Source: Octopus sinensis (taxonomy: Eukaryota). From it: 64,000 nt of DNA. The translations under genes and the position numbers were made by a program. The notes under the pieces were generated by a model. The model made no database searches, was not told the origin of the DNA, and saw nothing but the letters and a program-made list of their open reading frames with translations. The stretch is from NCBI RefSeq assembly GCF_006345805.1, contig NC_042999.1, positions 136,462,001 through 136,526,000 of the forward strand. The letters are read 5' to 3'. Positions 49,454 through 63,157 of this stretch are shown piece after piece. Every line of letters starts with the position of its first letter. Within the stretch, counting starts at the first letter, position 1.

Positions 49454-49533
49454 CTTCTATAAAGTTGTTCTGTATGATGTCAGCATGAACTCTCAACTTG
49501 TTCTTTGTGGCATGCAACCAGTAATGGCAAAAA
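49454..49533 (-). CDS. Candidate internal coding exon (80 nt) of an unidentified host gene
   Basis: Acceptor cattttgtttgtag|, donor AG|GTAGTT, and a single open frame FCHYWLHATKNKLRVHADIIQNNFIE (phase 2 in, phase 1 out), in unique sequence. Confidence 0.4.
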
Positions 49534-50447
49534 CTACAAACAAAATGAAGAAGCAGGAGATAACAATACAGACAACTATTAAAAATACTCACAAAAGGAA
49601 GATTGTGCAACAATCATTTATTAACAAAACATAAATGTAATTAGAAGGACGCAAAGAGTATTGATTGACATGACAATTCTAAGAGTAAATTTCTAACCAG
49701 TTGAAAATACAACCTGAAATAAAAAAACATTGAATTATTCAGAGAAAGCTAGGTTCTTGCAATTTATGAAGAATTATTACAGCTTCAAATAATGTATCTC
49801 TGACTTTTTCCTGAGTTAATAATAATGATAAAATGTTTTAGATTTAAAATGCACTAGAAGCAAGATAAACTGAAAGACGAAATATAAATAAGAGTTTGTT
49901 CATAATTAACAATCACATGAAATCAATTTAGGAAATGATAAGTGTTGAAATGAGAATCACAAATAACGACACATACACACATATGTGCACACATGCTTAC
50001 ATACAGACAGACATATTATAAATACACATACACACTCATGCACACACACACATACATATATGTTATATAAATACATGCACACACACATACATATATATTA
50101 TATAAACACATACACACACTCAGACACACACACACACACTGAAGATCTAAACATTTTCAGTGTCAGGTTTCTGACAAAATTAATTTGAAGGAAGCCTCAT
50201 ATACAAAAGACAAAAGCAATTTTACTCTTCAGGTAATGCAGTAGAATACAGAAAATGTGTTCTCAATATTTCTGCTGATTTGGAGTTGTTACATATGTCT
50301 GAGTGTGATTCACAAGATCAGCACATTAATCAAGCTCTTCCTATCTTGCAGTTGTCTCCTCCTGCTTCTAGCCTCCTCCTCCTTCTTCTCTTCATCATCA
50401 CTGGTGTCACCACTGCTGATATCACTGCCACTACCACTGCCATCATT

Positions 50448-50449
<2 letters not shown>

Positions 50450-50481
<32 letters not shown>

Positions 50482-52300
50482 CCATCATTATTATTTTCAC
50501 ATTTATTATATTTCCATGCTGGCATGGGTTAGACATGTCTTCTTCATATCAGAATCTCTCTATTTGTTTCAATCATTCAGCATCTCCTCAGTGAAGTTCA
50601 GCATCTTCAGATCATCTTTTGCCACTTGTACCTATTTCTCCTCATCCCCACCTCAGTACTTTCTTTCCTCACTCATTTTTACTAATTGTTCCACTTAGCA
50701 CTTCTTTACCCAACAGTATCCTCTCCCATATGTGATATCTGATTCCTCTTATGCTCAGTTTTTCTGAATTCATTTGTTCTCTGGCTTTCATGCACAACCA
50801 GTGGATCATTTCTTTCCAGCATTTACATACGTTCAACATTCAATGCCCATGTTTCACTATCAGGCATTACTGCACATTGTATACATGCTTATACAATTTG
50901 CCCTTTACTCAGGAAACAGACGCCCTTTATTGATAACAGAGATAATATCTCCCTAAACTTTCTCCTCCCACATTCTTACTCTGGCAACTATACTTTTGGA
51001 GCACCTCTTCCTCAGCTAAATAGTTTACCTTGTTAAGAGAATCTTTTGACTACTGAGAACTTTAAAAGCATTCTTACAGCTTACTACACCTGTGTGTCAG
51101 TTATATGCAAAGTCTTCCTTTTTGGTCAACTTACCTGTGATACTGTCATACTTTTACAAGTCCAAAGTTTCTATCGACTGCCTTTCTGCAAATTGGGCAT
51201 CACCAAATGGTCTACTTGTAGCTTCTCTTTGAACCACATGCACCTGACATCTAGCTTTTCTTACTCACAGTTCCCTGCTTCCTTTCAGCCTTTCCAGGCC
51301 CATATCTTAGCTTCTATGGCTCTGTTCTTTCATTCCACCATCATGTAACCTTCTGTTTCACTGGTATTTTGTTCCAGCCTCACAGTTGATAGGCGGCTTG
51401 CAATACATTGTCTTGTAGAAATTCCCAGCTGTCTTCTCTATATTATAGTTTCTATCTCCTTCTCCTTCTCTGCATATGTTTCCTGTAACTACTCTGAACT
51501 TATGTCTGGCAGAAAATTTATATCAGTTCTCATTCTTTCTCCAGACTGTCCTGTGTTTCTGAGTGCATCTAGCTTCTATTCTGAAGTTACTAATCAGTAG
51601 TCAATATTGATTGGACCATTCTTCACCAGGGAAAGATCTAGTATTTTTTCAATACTCTGTTTATCTGATTTGTATGTTCACCTGATTGATTGGTGGTCAG
51701 ATGGCTGGTTTATTTTCCTTTAGTTAGTGTTGCAGATGATTGGTTCATTTGCATCATCAAACTCTAAGAGTCTTGATCCTTTCTCATTTTTGTATCATAT
51801 TCATAGCTTCCTTGTACACCTAACTATCAATCATGTTGTTACCTAACAAGTCAATTAAAGTCCTCTGCTGTAATATCAAAGTTACTGTCATTCATTAATG
51901 AGGTATCTTGCAAGAGGGTCTCATAGAGATATGATCTTTCTCCTCATCTGTCAGCTCTGATTTGGATGTATGTACAGAAGTAATTGATGCTATTATGCTG
52001 CTCACATCTAAGTTTAATTATTCTGTCATACTCTGATTACATACCCTGACTAATTACATTATCTATCCATTTCTCTGCCAACAGTATATCTACACCATTC
52101 ATCAAAATCTTGTTATCAATACAGAAGAAGTGTTTCCTTTGTTTGGGAAGAATCTAGCTAATGCTCCTCTCCATCTAACCTCTTGTACACAGTGCACATT
52201 CAGTCACCTCTGCTCCAGTATTTCTGTACGTTTTTCAGATCTATCTTTCATTGCACTGGCACTCATGAAGGTAGCACTAAAGTTTTGTACCAATAACCAG
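50450..52300 (-). mobile_element. Old RTE element: APE endonuclease region, RT C-terminus and (GAT)n tail, heavily deleted
   Basis: Minus strand shows xQEVRW, NGVDILLAEKW and GDxN-like segments, and a tail (CAT)n on the plus strand at 50443-50490. Confidence 0.65.
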
Positions 52301-54729
52301 TCATGGGTGGATTATTATATAATATCTGTTTTTAGCATTTGAAATAGTTTTTATGATTGTTTGATAACAATAAAAGGGTTCTCATACATTGTTACATGTT
52401 TTCACCTGACCAATCTCCTACCAAGCACAACATTGATATCGTGTTAGTCCTGTATATGCAATTAAGGTTTTGCTTTGATTTGATTGTCATGTTTTAATGC
52501 ATTTTTACAGCTAGAGGGCCCTTTCTGTCACCAACATCTTTACATCATGAGTTGGGAACATTTATATTGTTTCACCAGCACCAGAAGTCTGTCAGAACTA
52601 AATCGTCCCCTCTACATTGTATCAATTTTATTCAGGATTGCTGCTCTTCAATATACATTGTCTTCATTATGGTTTAAAAAGCTGTGTTTCTCCAGTGCAG
52701 AATTTTCAGACTTTCTGTACTCCTTACATTAAAGTCAGCTTCATTATGGCTCACATCTATCAGTAATTCTGCTAAGAGTACTGATACTGAGGAACTAAGG
52801 AAACAAGTGGGAGGAAGGAGAGGGCTGGTGATTTTGTTTGGAGTGAATGAATTCCTTGAAACTGAAGAAGGATGAAGGAGAAACTCACAATAGACTGGCT
52901 GTTATGATAATTGCAGTGTATGAAATTCTACAAATGGAAAATTGGGGCAGCTTGTAGTATATTGGTAGTTTGCTGTAATTAAAGAGTGGCTAGCCTGTAG
53001 TACCAGGGTGGGTACTAGTAGTAATTCAGAGCAGAAGTTAACCCATTTTGCTTGTTCAGACAGAATTTGCAAATATTCCTTTAATAGATGGGATTTTACT
53101 CAAGAATAGATAGTGGCAGCAGCAGCAGATTTTTCTGAAAAATAAGCAGTAGATAATTTCTGAAAGTTATAATTTCTAAGATAATAAATAAATAATGATA
53201 CTTTACTTACTTTAATTACATATAAATACATAAACTAATTGATACAAAATCTCATTATACAAACAAATCTTTGCACACTTAGTCCAAACAAGTAGAGTAG
53301 AGGTGGGAGTCTTTATGTAGTTACTCAATCTATTAGTTGTAGAAAACAGATCTCCCTCAAGTCTCCTCCTGGGTTGGGAAGAGAGAGAGTGACATATTGC
53401 ACAAGTAGTCTTAGGTATCACTAAAAACAGATAAAATATTAATAATGATGGCCTGACTTTATTGATTTCTAACATAGACACAAGGCTGCATGTTTAAGGA
53501 GTATTATCAATTCAACAAATCCCAGTAATTGATCAGTATTTATTCTATCAATCCTTGGAGATTGAAAGATAAAGTAAATTTTGCAAGACTTGAAATAAGG
53601 CCATTAAAGAATGCAACTAAATGCCAGGTAGTATTCTGTGCTATGTTTTACTGAATTTGCCATCTCATCATCTTCCAGAGACTAAATTATACTAAGGTCT
53701 AATGTAATCACATTGTTATAAATTATGAAGAGAGGTACAAAATTTGACTAGTACAAAATACAGTTACCATTGACTATAATATATTCTAAAGAATCTGGCT
53801 GTGAATGTTTGCTTTATTTAAATGCTTCATTCCTTATTAGTTGCACTAAAACAGTAATATAGATTTTTCTTTTATAAGTTACAAGAATAATTTCTAATTA
53901 ATAATTGTAAATATATAATAATTGAGAAATCACTAGATTTATAAATTCTATTTAAATTCTATATAAAATGTTACCATAATAAATTCTATATAAAATCTTA
54001 CTCCTCACCTGGGCCTGCAAATGCTTTTGATTTCTCCTCTTTGATACTAGCTCAGAATTCAATAATGAATTTTCAGCACTGATTCATCTCAACAGCTAGC
54101 ATTTATTTACATTATATTTTGAATAATTAAAATAACATTCAAATTAAGAAATAATTAAAAATTAGTAAGTTTTGTTGTGTTTTGCACTATTTATAAATGT
54201 TCATATTCAATGTTATAGAATTTGAAATTTATTATTTTATATTGAAACAAATGCATTTTTATTGCTACTTTCTGTTTATGCTGTGGGCATAAATAAATGC
54301 AGAAATTTCTAATCAAACATTTTGAAAGATTCTAGATGAAAAAGGAAATTCATCAAAGTTAGCTTTGGGGTAAAATTGATTCTCTTTAAAATTGCAAATA
54401 AATGATTTAAATGAAATAAACCAGAAAATAAATTACAATGTAAGCGATGTATTCATTCAATATTTGAATACTTCAGCATGATGACACTGTCCTAAGTACA
54501 AACTTTGTTGATTTTTATATATGGTCAGGCAACAAAGAATTTCAACTGAGAATAAATCAATGAGAGTTCATTATCATGTCATGGTTATCAAAAGAATTTA
54601 ATTTTAAAATACTGTAAGAAACATATAGTATCAACTTTTGATTAATCATCATCAATATCCTCCCTCTCTCTCTCTTCCTCCTCTCATTCGGCTCCATTGC
54701 CTTCTCCTCCCCATCACTATCCTCCTCAC

Positions 54730-54835
54730 CTCCCTTCCTCCTTAACAGCTGTGAATGTATTTCCTGTTCAACTTTGTTACAAATCTGGTGAAAGATTTGG
54801 TCACTTCTTGATGTAAACTTATCAGTCATCATAGT
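54730..54835 (-). CDS. Candidate coding exon
   Basis: Acceptor atacttttacag|, donor GAG|GTGAGG, single open frame TMMTDKFTSRSDQIFHQICNKVEQEIHSQLLRRKG. Sits inside a 144-codon stop-free stretch. Confidence 0.3.
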
Positions 54836-55159
54836 CTGTAAAAGTATTATAAAATAATATCCACACAATGGAACTGATCTGGAAACACTTCTTATGAAGT
54901 TTTTGGTTTTTGAGGTTTTACAGAGAGGGGAAACCAACACTTTTTGATCAATGCAGAAAATGATGTCAGCAATCTTTGAGCATGTGCACTACATAAATGT
55001 TGATGGTTATGAAGTTGTAAAACTCAGGTAATAGAAGTTATAGTGAAGCATTCATAGAAATCAATATTGTATTGGAATATTTTGTTTCTTGTGGTTGATC
55101 TTAATAATACAAGTTAACTACAATAAAAAAACATTGAATGAAATTACATGAATATAGGA

Positions 55160-55384
55160 TAACCCTAAAGCACTCAGATTATGTTGTCAAATGTAATACC
55201 AATTTATTCACATTGCTTTGATTTAATCATCCATTATCTTGTTGCTTCAAGAGTTCTGTGAGGATCATTTACTTTTAGAATGACATTGTAGGATAGGTAT
55301 GACAAGCCAGATTTGACCAGTTTGAACATAAAACAGGAAGAAATTTTGGACTTGATGTGGTCAGTTTAATTACTAAAGGGTTAA
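55160..55384. mobile_element. piggyBac-type MITE (second copy)
   Basis: taaccctaaagcact ... tactaaagggTTAA; body matches 31357-31578 (agaatgacattgtaggata...tttgaac). Confidence 0.7.
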
Positions 55385-56230
55385 ACCAGTGAATTTTGTC
55401 ACTTGTAATAAAATATTTATAGATTTAACTTCTTTAATATTTTTATTGAAGAAGTCAATAAAAGTCAATAAAAGTCAATACCACCCATTGAGACAATCTA
55501 ATTTTTTAAATATTATTTTCAAAATTAGGTTTACATTTGTACTAAGGTTTAAATCTGTGCTAAGGTTTAAATCAAGTACATGTGGCTCAGAAGGTATGGT
55601 ATTCAGCTCATAAAATTAAAGTCATGAGTTCAATTCCCAGCAGTGCATTGTGTCCTTGAGCAAGACACTTTATTTCATATTGCTTCAGTCCACTCAGCTG
55701 GCAAAAATATGTTGTAACTGTTATTCAAAGGGCCATCCTTGTCACATTCTGCATCATGCTGACTCATCCTAAGAACTATGTTTAGAATACACATGTCCGT
55801 GGAGCACTCATGATAATTCCACGAGCAGGCTGTTCCATTGATCAGATCAAGTGCCAGTTAGTTACAGCAGAGACAATGCTTAATTTTTGTATCAAAATTA
55901 TATTTTGTATCAATGTTTACTTATATATTAACCCTTTTGACACCAACCCATCTGAAACTTTCTCTAGATTCTATGATTCAAACTACCACTTTTAAATTGA
56001 TTTAAATTAAAATCTTCCATCAAAATTCCATTTTAATTTATCTTCTAAACATCAGCTTAACAATGACAAACTTACTTAACTAAATTCTTCATTATTTTGG
56101 AAAATAAGTTGAAAGACAAAGTATTTCAACTGAAATATGGTAACAAAATTGATGTTTAGATTTGTTTTAGGGCTCACTTATGTCAATGTTTACATTTATA
56201 TCAAGGTTTACACTTGTAAAAAATCCCCAG

Positions 56231-58590
56231 TGTAGAAAGTCACCAATTTAGTGAAAGATTACCACTTACTGAGGGTGCATATATTGTGTGAAAGTTGGTT
56301 GAAGGAAAAATATCAGAAAGCATTTTTTATGACGAAAATATTTTTTAATTAACAAGAGCTGACAAGTAGTAAGAGTGTAGCTTGTGTGTGTGAGTCATGT
56401 AAAGTTGTTATCACTTATGTTAGAAATAAGAATTTAGTGGTAAGTCGAGAGGCAATATAATTCAGAGTTAGCTGCGCAAAGTTGATGCGCAAGTGAAAAG
56501 CTGTTCATGGTATTACCAGTTGAGATATGATATAATTCAGAGTTAACTGTGCAAAGTTGATATGAAAATGAAAAGCTGTTCCATGTTGAAAGAGAGATGT
56601 TACTCTTCTGCTGGCTATCCACTAACTGATTTAAAACTCTCCCTTCTCTGCTAAGGCAGAGAACTGCCTCTAGTATTCATATGTGCCCAACCCTGATTGG
56701 CTGGAGTACACCATAGCACAACTGTGCTATGATACGACAACAAAACTAGCTTTCCTGATTTGCTACATTACCCCCTGCTCAGACTACAAGTCAATAAAAG
56801 CAACAGTAATGGGGCAAGAAAGAAGATGATAATGCAGAATGAAATGTTCAAACAAGGGAAAATCATGAGTAAATCAAGAAGCAATATTACAAATGCCAGA
56901 AAAGGCATGTATACAAAAATGAGAAAATGACAGGCACTTAGGGCAAGATCATATATATATATATATACAGTCTGACGGGCCAGGATCCAATAAGATCAAT
57001 ATGGGTGTAACAGAAGCATGAATCTGATATACTAAAGGTGCCGAGGGGTACACCATTGACAGTGGGCAGTGGAGGCAATATCAAGACCAGTCAGTGATGT
57101 CATGCCTCATGTTGGCCACAAGAATCTAGCCATAATGAGCTTCACTGAAGTTGAGGCTCCAGGATGCAATAGATTAGGCAGGGCTTCAGAAACAACTTGT
57201 CTGTGGATCTCTGGAATGAAGGGACAAGGTGAATCTGTTGATATGTCACACAGGATCTGCTTGGCAGAGATTGGCACTGGAAAATATTTGAATTTGCACA
57301 TTGCAAGTTCAGGAGAAGAGAACTTGGTTGAGTCCAGAGGAGGTTGATCTGAGGACAAAACATTCAGGTGGATATCTACATTGGATGCTAAAGAATTGAT
57401 CGGCAGATGAGACAATGCATCTGCAGAAGTGTTTTGTGCACTGGAGATGTGTTGAGCATCGTTAGTGAATTGTGATATAATGTCAAGGTGTCGAGTCTCT
57501 CTTGGTGAGTACATTCCTGGCTTGGACTGCAAGGCAAAGGTAAGAGATTTGCATGTGTTGCTGATGAAATTGCTGTAAAACAACATCGATTGCAGCGCCT
57601 TGATATATCAACCACAAGCAAAAGCTTTGCATTGGAGACAGAGTATGCAAGGAGAGTTGCTTTAGAAGTTCGTGTTTCACAGCATCAAAAGCTTTGGTTT
57701 CAGTAGGAGTCAGTGAAATGGCTTCATTCTTCATGCATCAGTTCTGGAGAAGCTCAGTGAGTGGAGACAGGGGTCCAGAGCAGTGAGGAATGAATAGACA
57801 ATAGAAGTTAAGTTAGCCAAAGAAGTGGTGTAACTGATGAAGGGAAGTTGTTGGAGGAGTGTCCTCAATAACTTGAACTTTATGTGGTAGAAGTCGAATG
57901 CCATCTTTGTCTATGATGTGAACATAGTGGGGAGCAGGAAAATTAATCCTAAGTGAAGCCAGATATGCACATTGAGTCCAGCTGGCAAGAAGGGTAGCCA
58001 TATTGAAAACAAATGCACCCACATAGTTTAAGTGAAAAATAAAATTAGTGTGTTACATATGTCGCTAGTGGTTTGTTTGTTTTCTTTGAAAAATATTTCT
58101 CTAAAGAAATATTTTTTATGTCGGGTCATCACCAATGTAAAAAAGTCACCAATTTGAGAGAAAGGTCACCAGTTAGTGAGGATATATTTATTGTGTGAAA
58201 ATTGGTAAAAGGAAAAATATCAGAAGGCAATTTTTATAGCGATAATATTTTATTAATTAACAAGAGCTGACAAGTAATAGGAGTGTAGCCTCTGTGTATG
58301 TGTGGGACAGGGAAAGCTGTTATCACTTACATTAGAAATAAGAATTTAGTGGTAAGTCAAGAACCGATAAAATTCTGAGTTAGCTGCACGAAGTTGATGT
58401 ACAAATAAAAAGCTGTTCCATGTTGAAAGAGAGATGTTACTCTTCTGCTGGCTATCCGATAACTGATTTAAAACTCCCACTTCTCTGCTAGGGCAGAGAA
58501 CTGCTTCTATTATTCATACGTGCCCAGCCCTGATTGGCTGGAGTATGCCATAGCACAACTGTGGTATGATGCAACAACAAAAATAGCTTA
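56231..58590 (-). mobile_element. Gypsy LTR retrotransposon, internally deleted, with two LTRs
   Basis: Direct repeats at 56231-56767 and 58136-58590. On the minus strand: LTR ...TACA followed by the PBS-like TTGGTGATGACCCGAC (58120-58135), and PPT AGCAGGGGGTAA (56768-56779) before TGTAGC. Internal pol motifs: HIIDKDGIRLLPHKVQVI (RT), KAFDAVKHEL, SADALSHL (RNase H), PFIPEIHRQVVSEALPNLLHPGASTSVKLIMARFLWP (integrase H2C2). Confidence 0.9.
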
Positions 58591-59135
58591 TGTCAATGTT
58601 TTCATTCATATTATTTACTTTTGTATAAATGTTCACATTTGTATCAATGTTTATCATTTACATATGTTCACATACTCATCAAAGTTTACATCATTTATCA
58701 ATATTTACATTAGTATCAAGAAGGCAATGACCTGAAGAATCATTAACACTTCACAAAAAATGCTTAGTGGTATTTCGTCTGTCTTTACATTCTGGATTCA
58801 AATGCTGTCAGTGTCAACTACATCTTTCATCTTTTTGGGGGTCAATAGACTAAGTACCAGTTGATTACTGAGACTGATGTAATCAACTTAACCCCTCTCC
58901 TAAAATTGCTGGCCCTTAGATTTACATTTGTATAAATGTTTACATTTGTATCATTATATATTTCTGTATAAATATTCACATTTGTACATTGATTACATTT
59001 GTACCATGGTTCACATTTATATCAACGTTTATATCTGTATCAAAGGTTTACTTTTTTTATCAACATTTATGTTTATATCAAGATTTATATGTGTGATAAG
59101 CTTTACATTTGTAGCAAGGTTTGAATATATCACTA
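58590..59135. repeat. Degenerate 18-bp minisatellite (consensus about AWGTTTACATTTGTATCA)
   Basis: More than 20 units at 58590-58720 and 58918-59135. The same units occur at 55525-55580, 55895-55930 and 56180-56220. Confidence 0.75.
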
Positions 59136-59796
59136 TATTTACTGACTTCTGAAAATTGAATGTTTTCCTGTGTGCATATGTGTGTGCACACACATGCATA
59201 TGGGTGTGTGTGAAGAGAGCAAGAGAGAGAGAGAGAGAGAGACAGTGAGAAAGATTAACAATATATTTGAGAACTAAATGTAAAACAAGAAAAAGGTATA
59301 GCAATATGGATCACAGTTCCATATATCATTCATTCCTTTAAAAATATTTGTGAGGTGGTGAATGTGATATTAATCTACTCTCAATACATTTAATGTAATC
59401 AAACAGAATGCACATATAGCTATTTATTTTAATTTTTATATATGAAATATATTTTCTATTTTAATAAACTTAATACTTTTGGTTGGAGGAAATGCAAATA
59501 AGCAAGGGGCCTTGTTACAGGTTGTTTAATTTTCATTTAATATGTTTTTCAGTCTTCTATACTGAATTAATATTGACTAGATTCATATCATCCATGAAAT
59601 GCTAAACATTGCTTGTTTGAATAGTTGCATGTAAGTCATTGATATGTGCTAGAAGTAGGGGACAAAGAACTGAGTTTTGGGGAATCTCGTGAGTAAATGT
59701 CTGAATGAAAACCTACTACAGAAATATGTTGTTTACAATTTGATAAATAAAGCAGATTTTAACCAAGCACTGCTCCTCTAATATCCCCAAAATTTT

Positions 59797-59829
<33 letters not shown>

Positions 59830-59860
59830 CACACATATATACATACTTATATACACACAT

Positions 59861-59950
<90 letters not shown>

Positions 59951-60110
59951 ATAACAGCATGTAAATGTTGGGTTGAAAAATTTTTTGAGATGGAAAAATG
60001 GTATCCTTTGACATTTTCTATGATATTTATAACTTTAAGTGTGTTTCAAGATATTCCCAAAAAGAATTAGTTCATGTTCTCTCCAAAGTTTCTAAAATTA
60101 TTATGACATC

Positions 60111-60148
<38 letters not shown>

Positions 60149-60456
60149 ATAATCATATAAGAATCCATGAACCAGAAAAATATGCACTTGTACATTTGTC
60201 AACAGAGTTTGTACATTAATCAATGCATACAGAATTATATATTCATTATGGCTGATCGTACTAATCAGTTTTGCACAGGGTATTAAAGTACATATAACAG
60301 CCTGGTTATGCAACATATCTATTTTTATATATACATATATATATAGAATAATGCATACATACGCACACACAAACACATTATATATATATATATTTCCATA
60401 TATTATATACATATATACATACACACACACACACATATATATATATAATATATATA

Positions 60457-61360
60457 TATTGTTTCAAATGAAATGTCGCATTTTTAATTACTTGTTATTT
60501 CAGTCATTTAAAAGCTCAATTATGTATACCTTGCAGTTAATCTTGACTCTTTTTCTTTCCCAACAATACTGGTATACAAAATTCGTGCCCACAGACCTTA
60601 TGAAAATGATAACAACCAAACTATGTTGAGAGATTTTCTTGTATGAGTACAAACTCGGTCACTCTGCTGCAGAAGCTCTATGGAATATCAAGTGGAGCTT
60701 TGGTAATGATTTTGTTGACATCAGAATATTCAGAGATGGTTCCAAAGCTCTTGTTCAAGAGATGAAAATAAACCAAAGAGTAGGCCAAAATCAGTTATTC
60801 AGTTGAACAAAATCCAAGAACAAAGGCTCAAAAAACTTTCATCAGAACTCCAAACATCATGGACAACTGTTTATGGACGCCTGTAAAAAATTAGAAAAAT
60901 CAAGAAAATGGATAGGTTTGTTCAATATCAAATGAACGAGATTCAAGAAAACAGATGTCTCAAAGTGTGCTCTTTATTGCTTTCTTAACTGGAAAAAGAC
61001 CATTTTTGCATGAAATCATCACTTGTGATGAGAAATAGATACTCTTTGACAACAGCAGGAGAACAGGACAGTGATTAGATGCAGGAAAGTCCCCTAAATA
61101 CTACCCAAACCCACTATTGTACCCTAAAAAGTTAGTGGTCACTGTATGGTGGTCTGTGAAAGGAATTATTCATTATTCATTTTTGCAACAAGGAAAAATG
61201 GAAGCAGCAACATTGTATTGTCAGGAAAGTGATTGTATGCATGAGAATTCAAAAAAGAAGCAACCCAGACTAGTGAATAGAAATGGCCCAATTTTGCTCC
61301 ACAGTAATGCACGTCCTCACACTCCTCAATGTATATATACACATAAACATACACACTTCT

Positions 61361-61410
<50 letters not shown>

Positions 61411-62221
61411 GGGTAAGGTAAGGGGTAAAGACCCCCTTCGGTCATGAATGACCATGGGATTGCACCTAGAAAGTTACCCTCCTAGACACAAGTCCGGGCA
61501 AGGTTGTTTATGGAAGACCAGCAGTCGCCCATGCATACCAGCCTCCCCTCTCCACGCCACCAGTGTTATCCAAGGGAAAGACAAAGGTCGATACAGCTTG
61601 GCACCAGTGACGTCGCAACTCATTTCTACAGCTGAGTGAACTGGAGCAACGTGAAATAAAGTGCCTTGCTCAAGAACACAACACGCAGCCCGGTCCGGGA
61701 TTCGAGCTCACAACCTCATGATCGTAAGCTCGACGCTCTAACCACTGAGCCATGCGCCTATATATAAACATGGTCATATAAGAATCCATAAGCCAGAAAA
61801 ATATGCACTTGTACATTTGTCAGCAGAGTTTGTACATTAATCAACACATACAGAATTATATATTCATTATGGCCAAATTATATATTCTTTATGGCTAACC
61901 CTGAATTATGAGATTTTACAACATTCTCCCTATTCTCTCGATATCTCTCCTACTGATCATCACTTATTTAAGCATATTGAGCTTTTCATAAGCAATAAAA
62001 TATTCTTAAATAGAGAAGAGGTAATTGAAGCATTCAGACAGTTTATAACAGGAAAAGATGAATTTTTTTTGAAGATGGAATATATGACATAGAGAAATAT
62101 TGGGTAAACATCATAAATGAATATGGATCAAATTTTTATTAAATAAATCAGTTCTCCAACACTTCTGAAACATTTCTTTGTTACCTTTCAAATACAACAT
62201 TTCATGTGAAACAACCTAATA
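60457..62221 (+). mobile_element. Mariner element (near full-length, decayed) with TIRs, interrupted at about 61330-61900
   Basis: TIRs tatt..gtttcaaatgaaatgtcgcattt and (reverse complement) tattaggttgtttcacatgaaatgttgtattt. Translation gives FLYEYKLGHSAAEA, ITCDEK, KKLVVTVWWSVKGIIHYSFL, LLHSNARPH and, after the insert, LQHSPYSLDISPTDHHLF. Confidence 0.88.
61405..61758 (-). mobile_element. Young tRNA-derived SINE, family D, inserted in a (TA)n run
   Basis: Minus strand ggcgcatggctcagtggttagagcgtcgagcttacgatcatgaggttgtgagctcgaatccc (A/B boxes), central gtgttcttgagcaaggcacttt, tail tacccct/tacct. CpGs intact. Older relatives at about 36545-36750 and 55580-55870. Confidence 0.88.
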
Positions 62222-62659
62222 TATCATCATCATCATTATCATCATCATCATTTAACGTCCACTTTCCATGTTGGCATGGGTTGGATGGTTTGACTGAGGA
62301 CTGGTGAGCCAGAGGCTGCACAAGGCTCAATCTGATCAGCAAAGTTTCTACAGCTGGATACCCTTCCTAACAACAACTACTCCATGAGTGTAGTGGGTGC
62401 ATTTACGTGCCACTGGCATGAGGGCCAGTCAGGTGGTTCTGGAAACGACCATGCTCAAAAGGTGTTTTTACATGCTACCTGCACAGGAGCCAGTCCGGCG
62501 GCACTGGCAACAACCACACTCAAATGTTGTTTTTCATGTGCCACCAGCACATGTTCCAGTAAGGCAACACTGGCAACGATCATGCTCGAATGGTGCTTTT
62601 CACATTTCATAAGTGGGCCGGTTACATCCTACATTCGGATGTGCTTTTAACATTCCACT

Positions 62660-62691
62660 GGCATGAGTGTATATATGTATGTATGTATATA

Positions 62692-62753
<62 letters not shown>

Positions 62754-63157
62754 TATATATGCATATATATACATATATACACATACATATCCATAGAAGG
62801 CAGATATTAAATTATGATGATGATGATATTCATATATATACATACACACACACACATATACACATATATACATATATATGCACATATATATACACACACG
62901 TATATATACAAACATACATATATATATATACATACATATATACATACATGTATATATATACATACATATATACACATACATACATAAATATACATATACA
63001 TCCATATATGTACATATATACATACATATATACTTTTACATATACACATATCTACATAAACATGTACATGCAAATATATGTATGCTTGTATGTATGTATG
63101 TATGTATGTATGTATGTATGTATGTATGTATGTATGTATGTATGTATGTATGTATTG
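62660..63157. repeat. TA/CA-rich low-complexity tract and (TATG)n
   Basis: Direct reading. Confidence 0.9.

Noticed and set aside
49454-49533. Resemblance of LRVHADIIQNNFIE and TWLNAEDEDMKDSL (9.1 kb) to BTB-BACK domain motifs
   Set aside because: Motif spacing does not match the BACK consensus, so no family is assigned.
59490-59500. Octamer ATGCAAAT motif
   Set aside because: A single 8-mer is expected by chance in 64 kb of AT-rich DNA, and there is no supporting promoter context.
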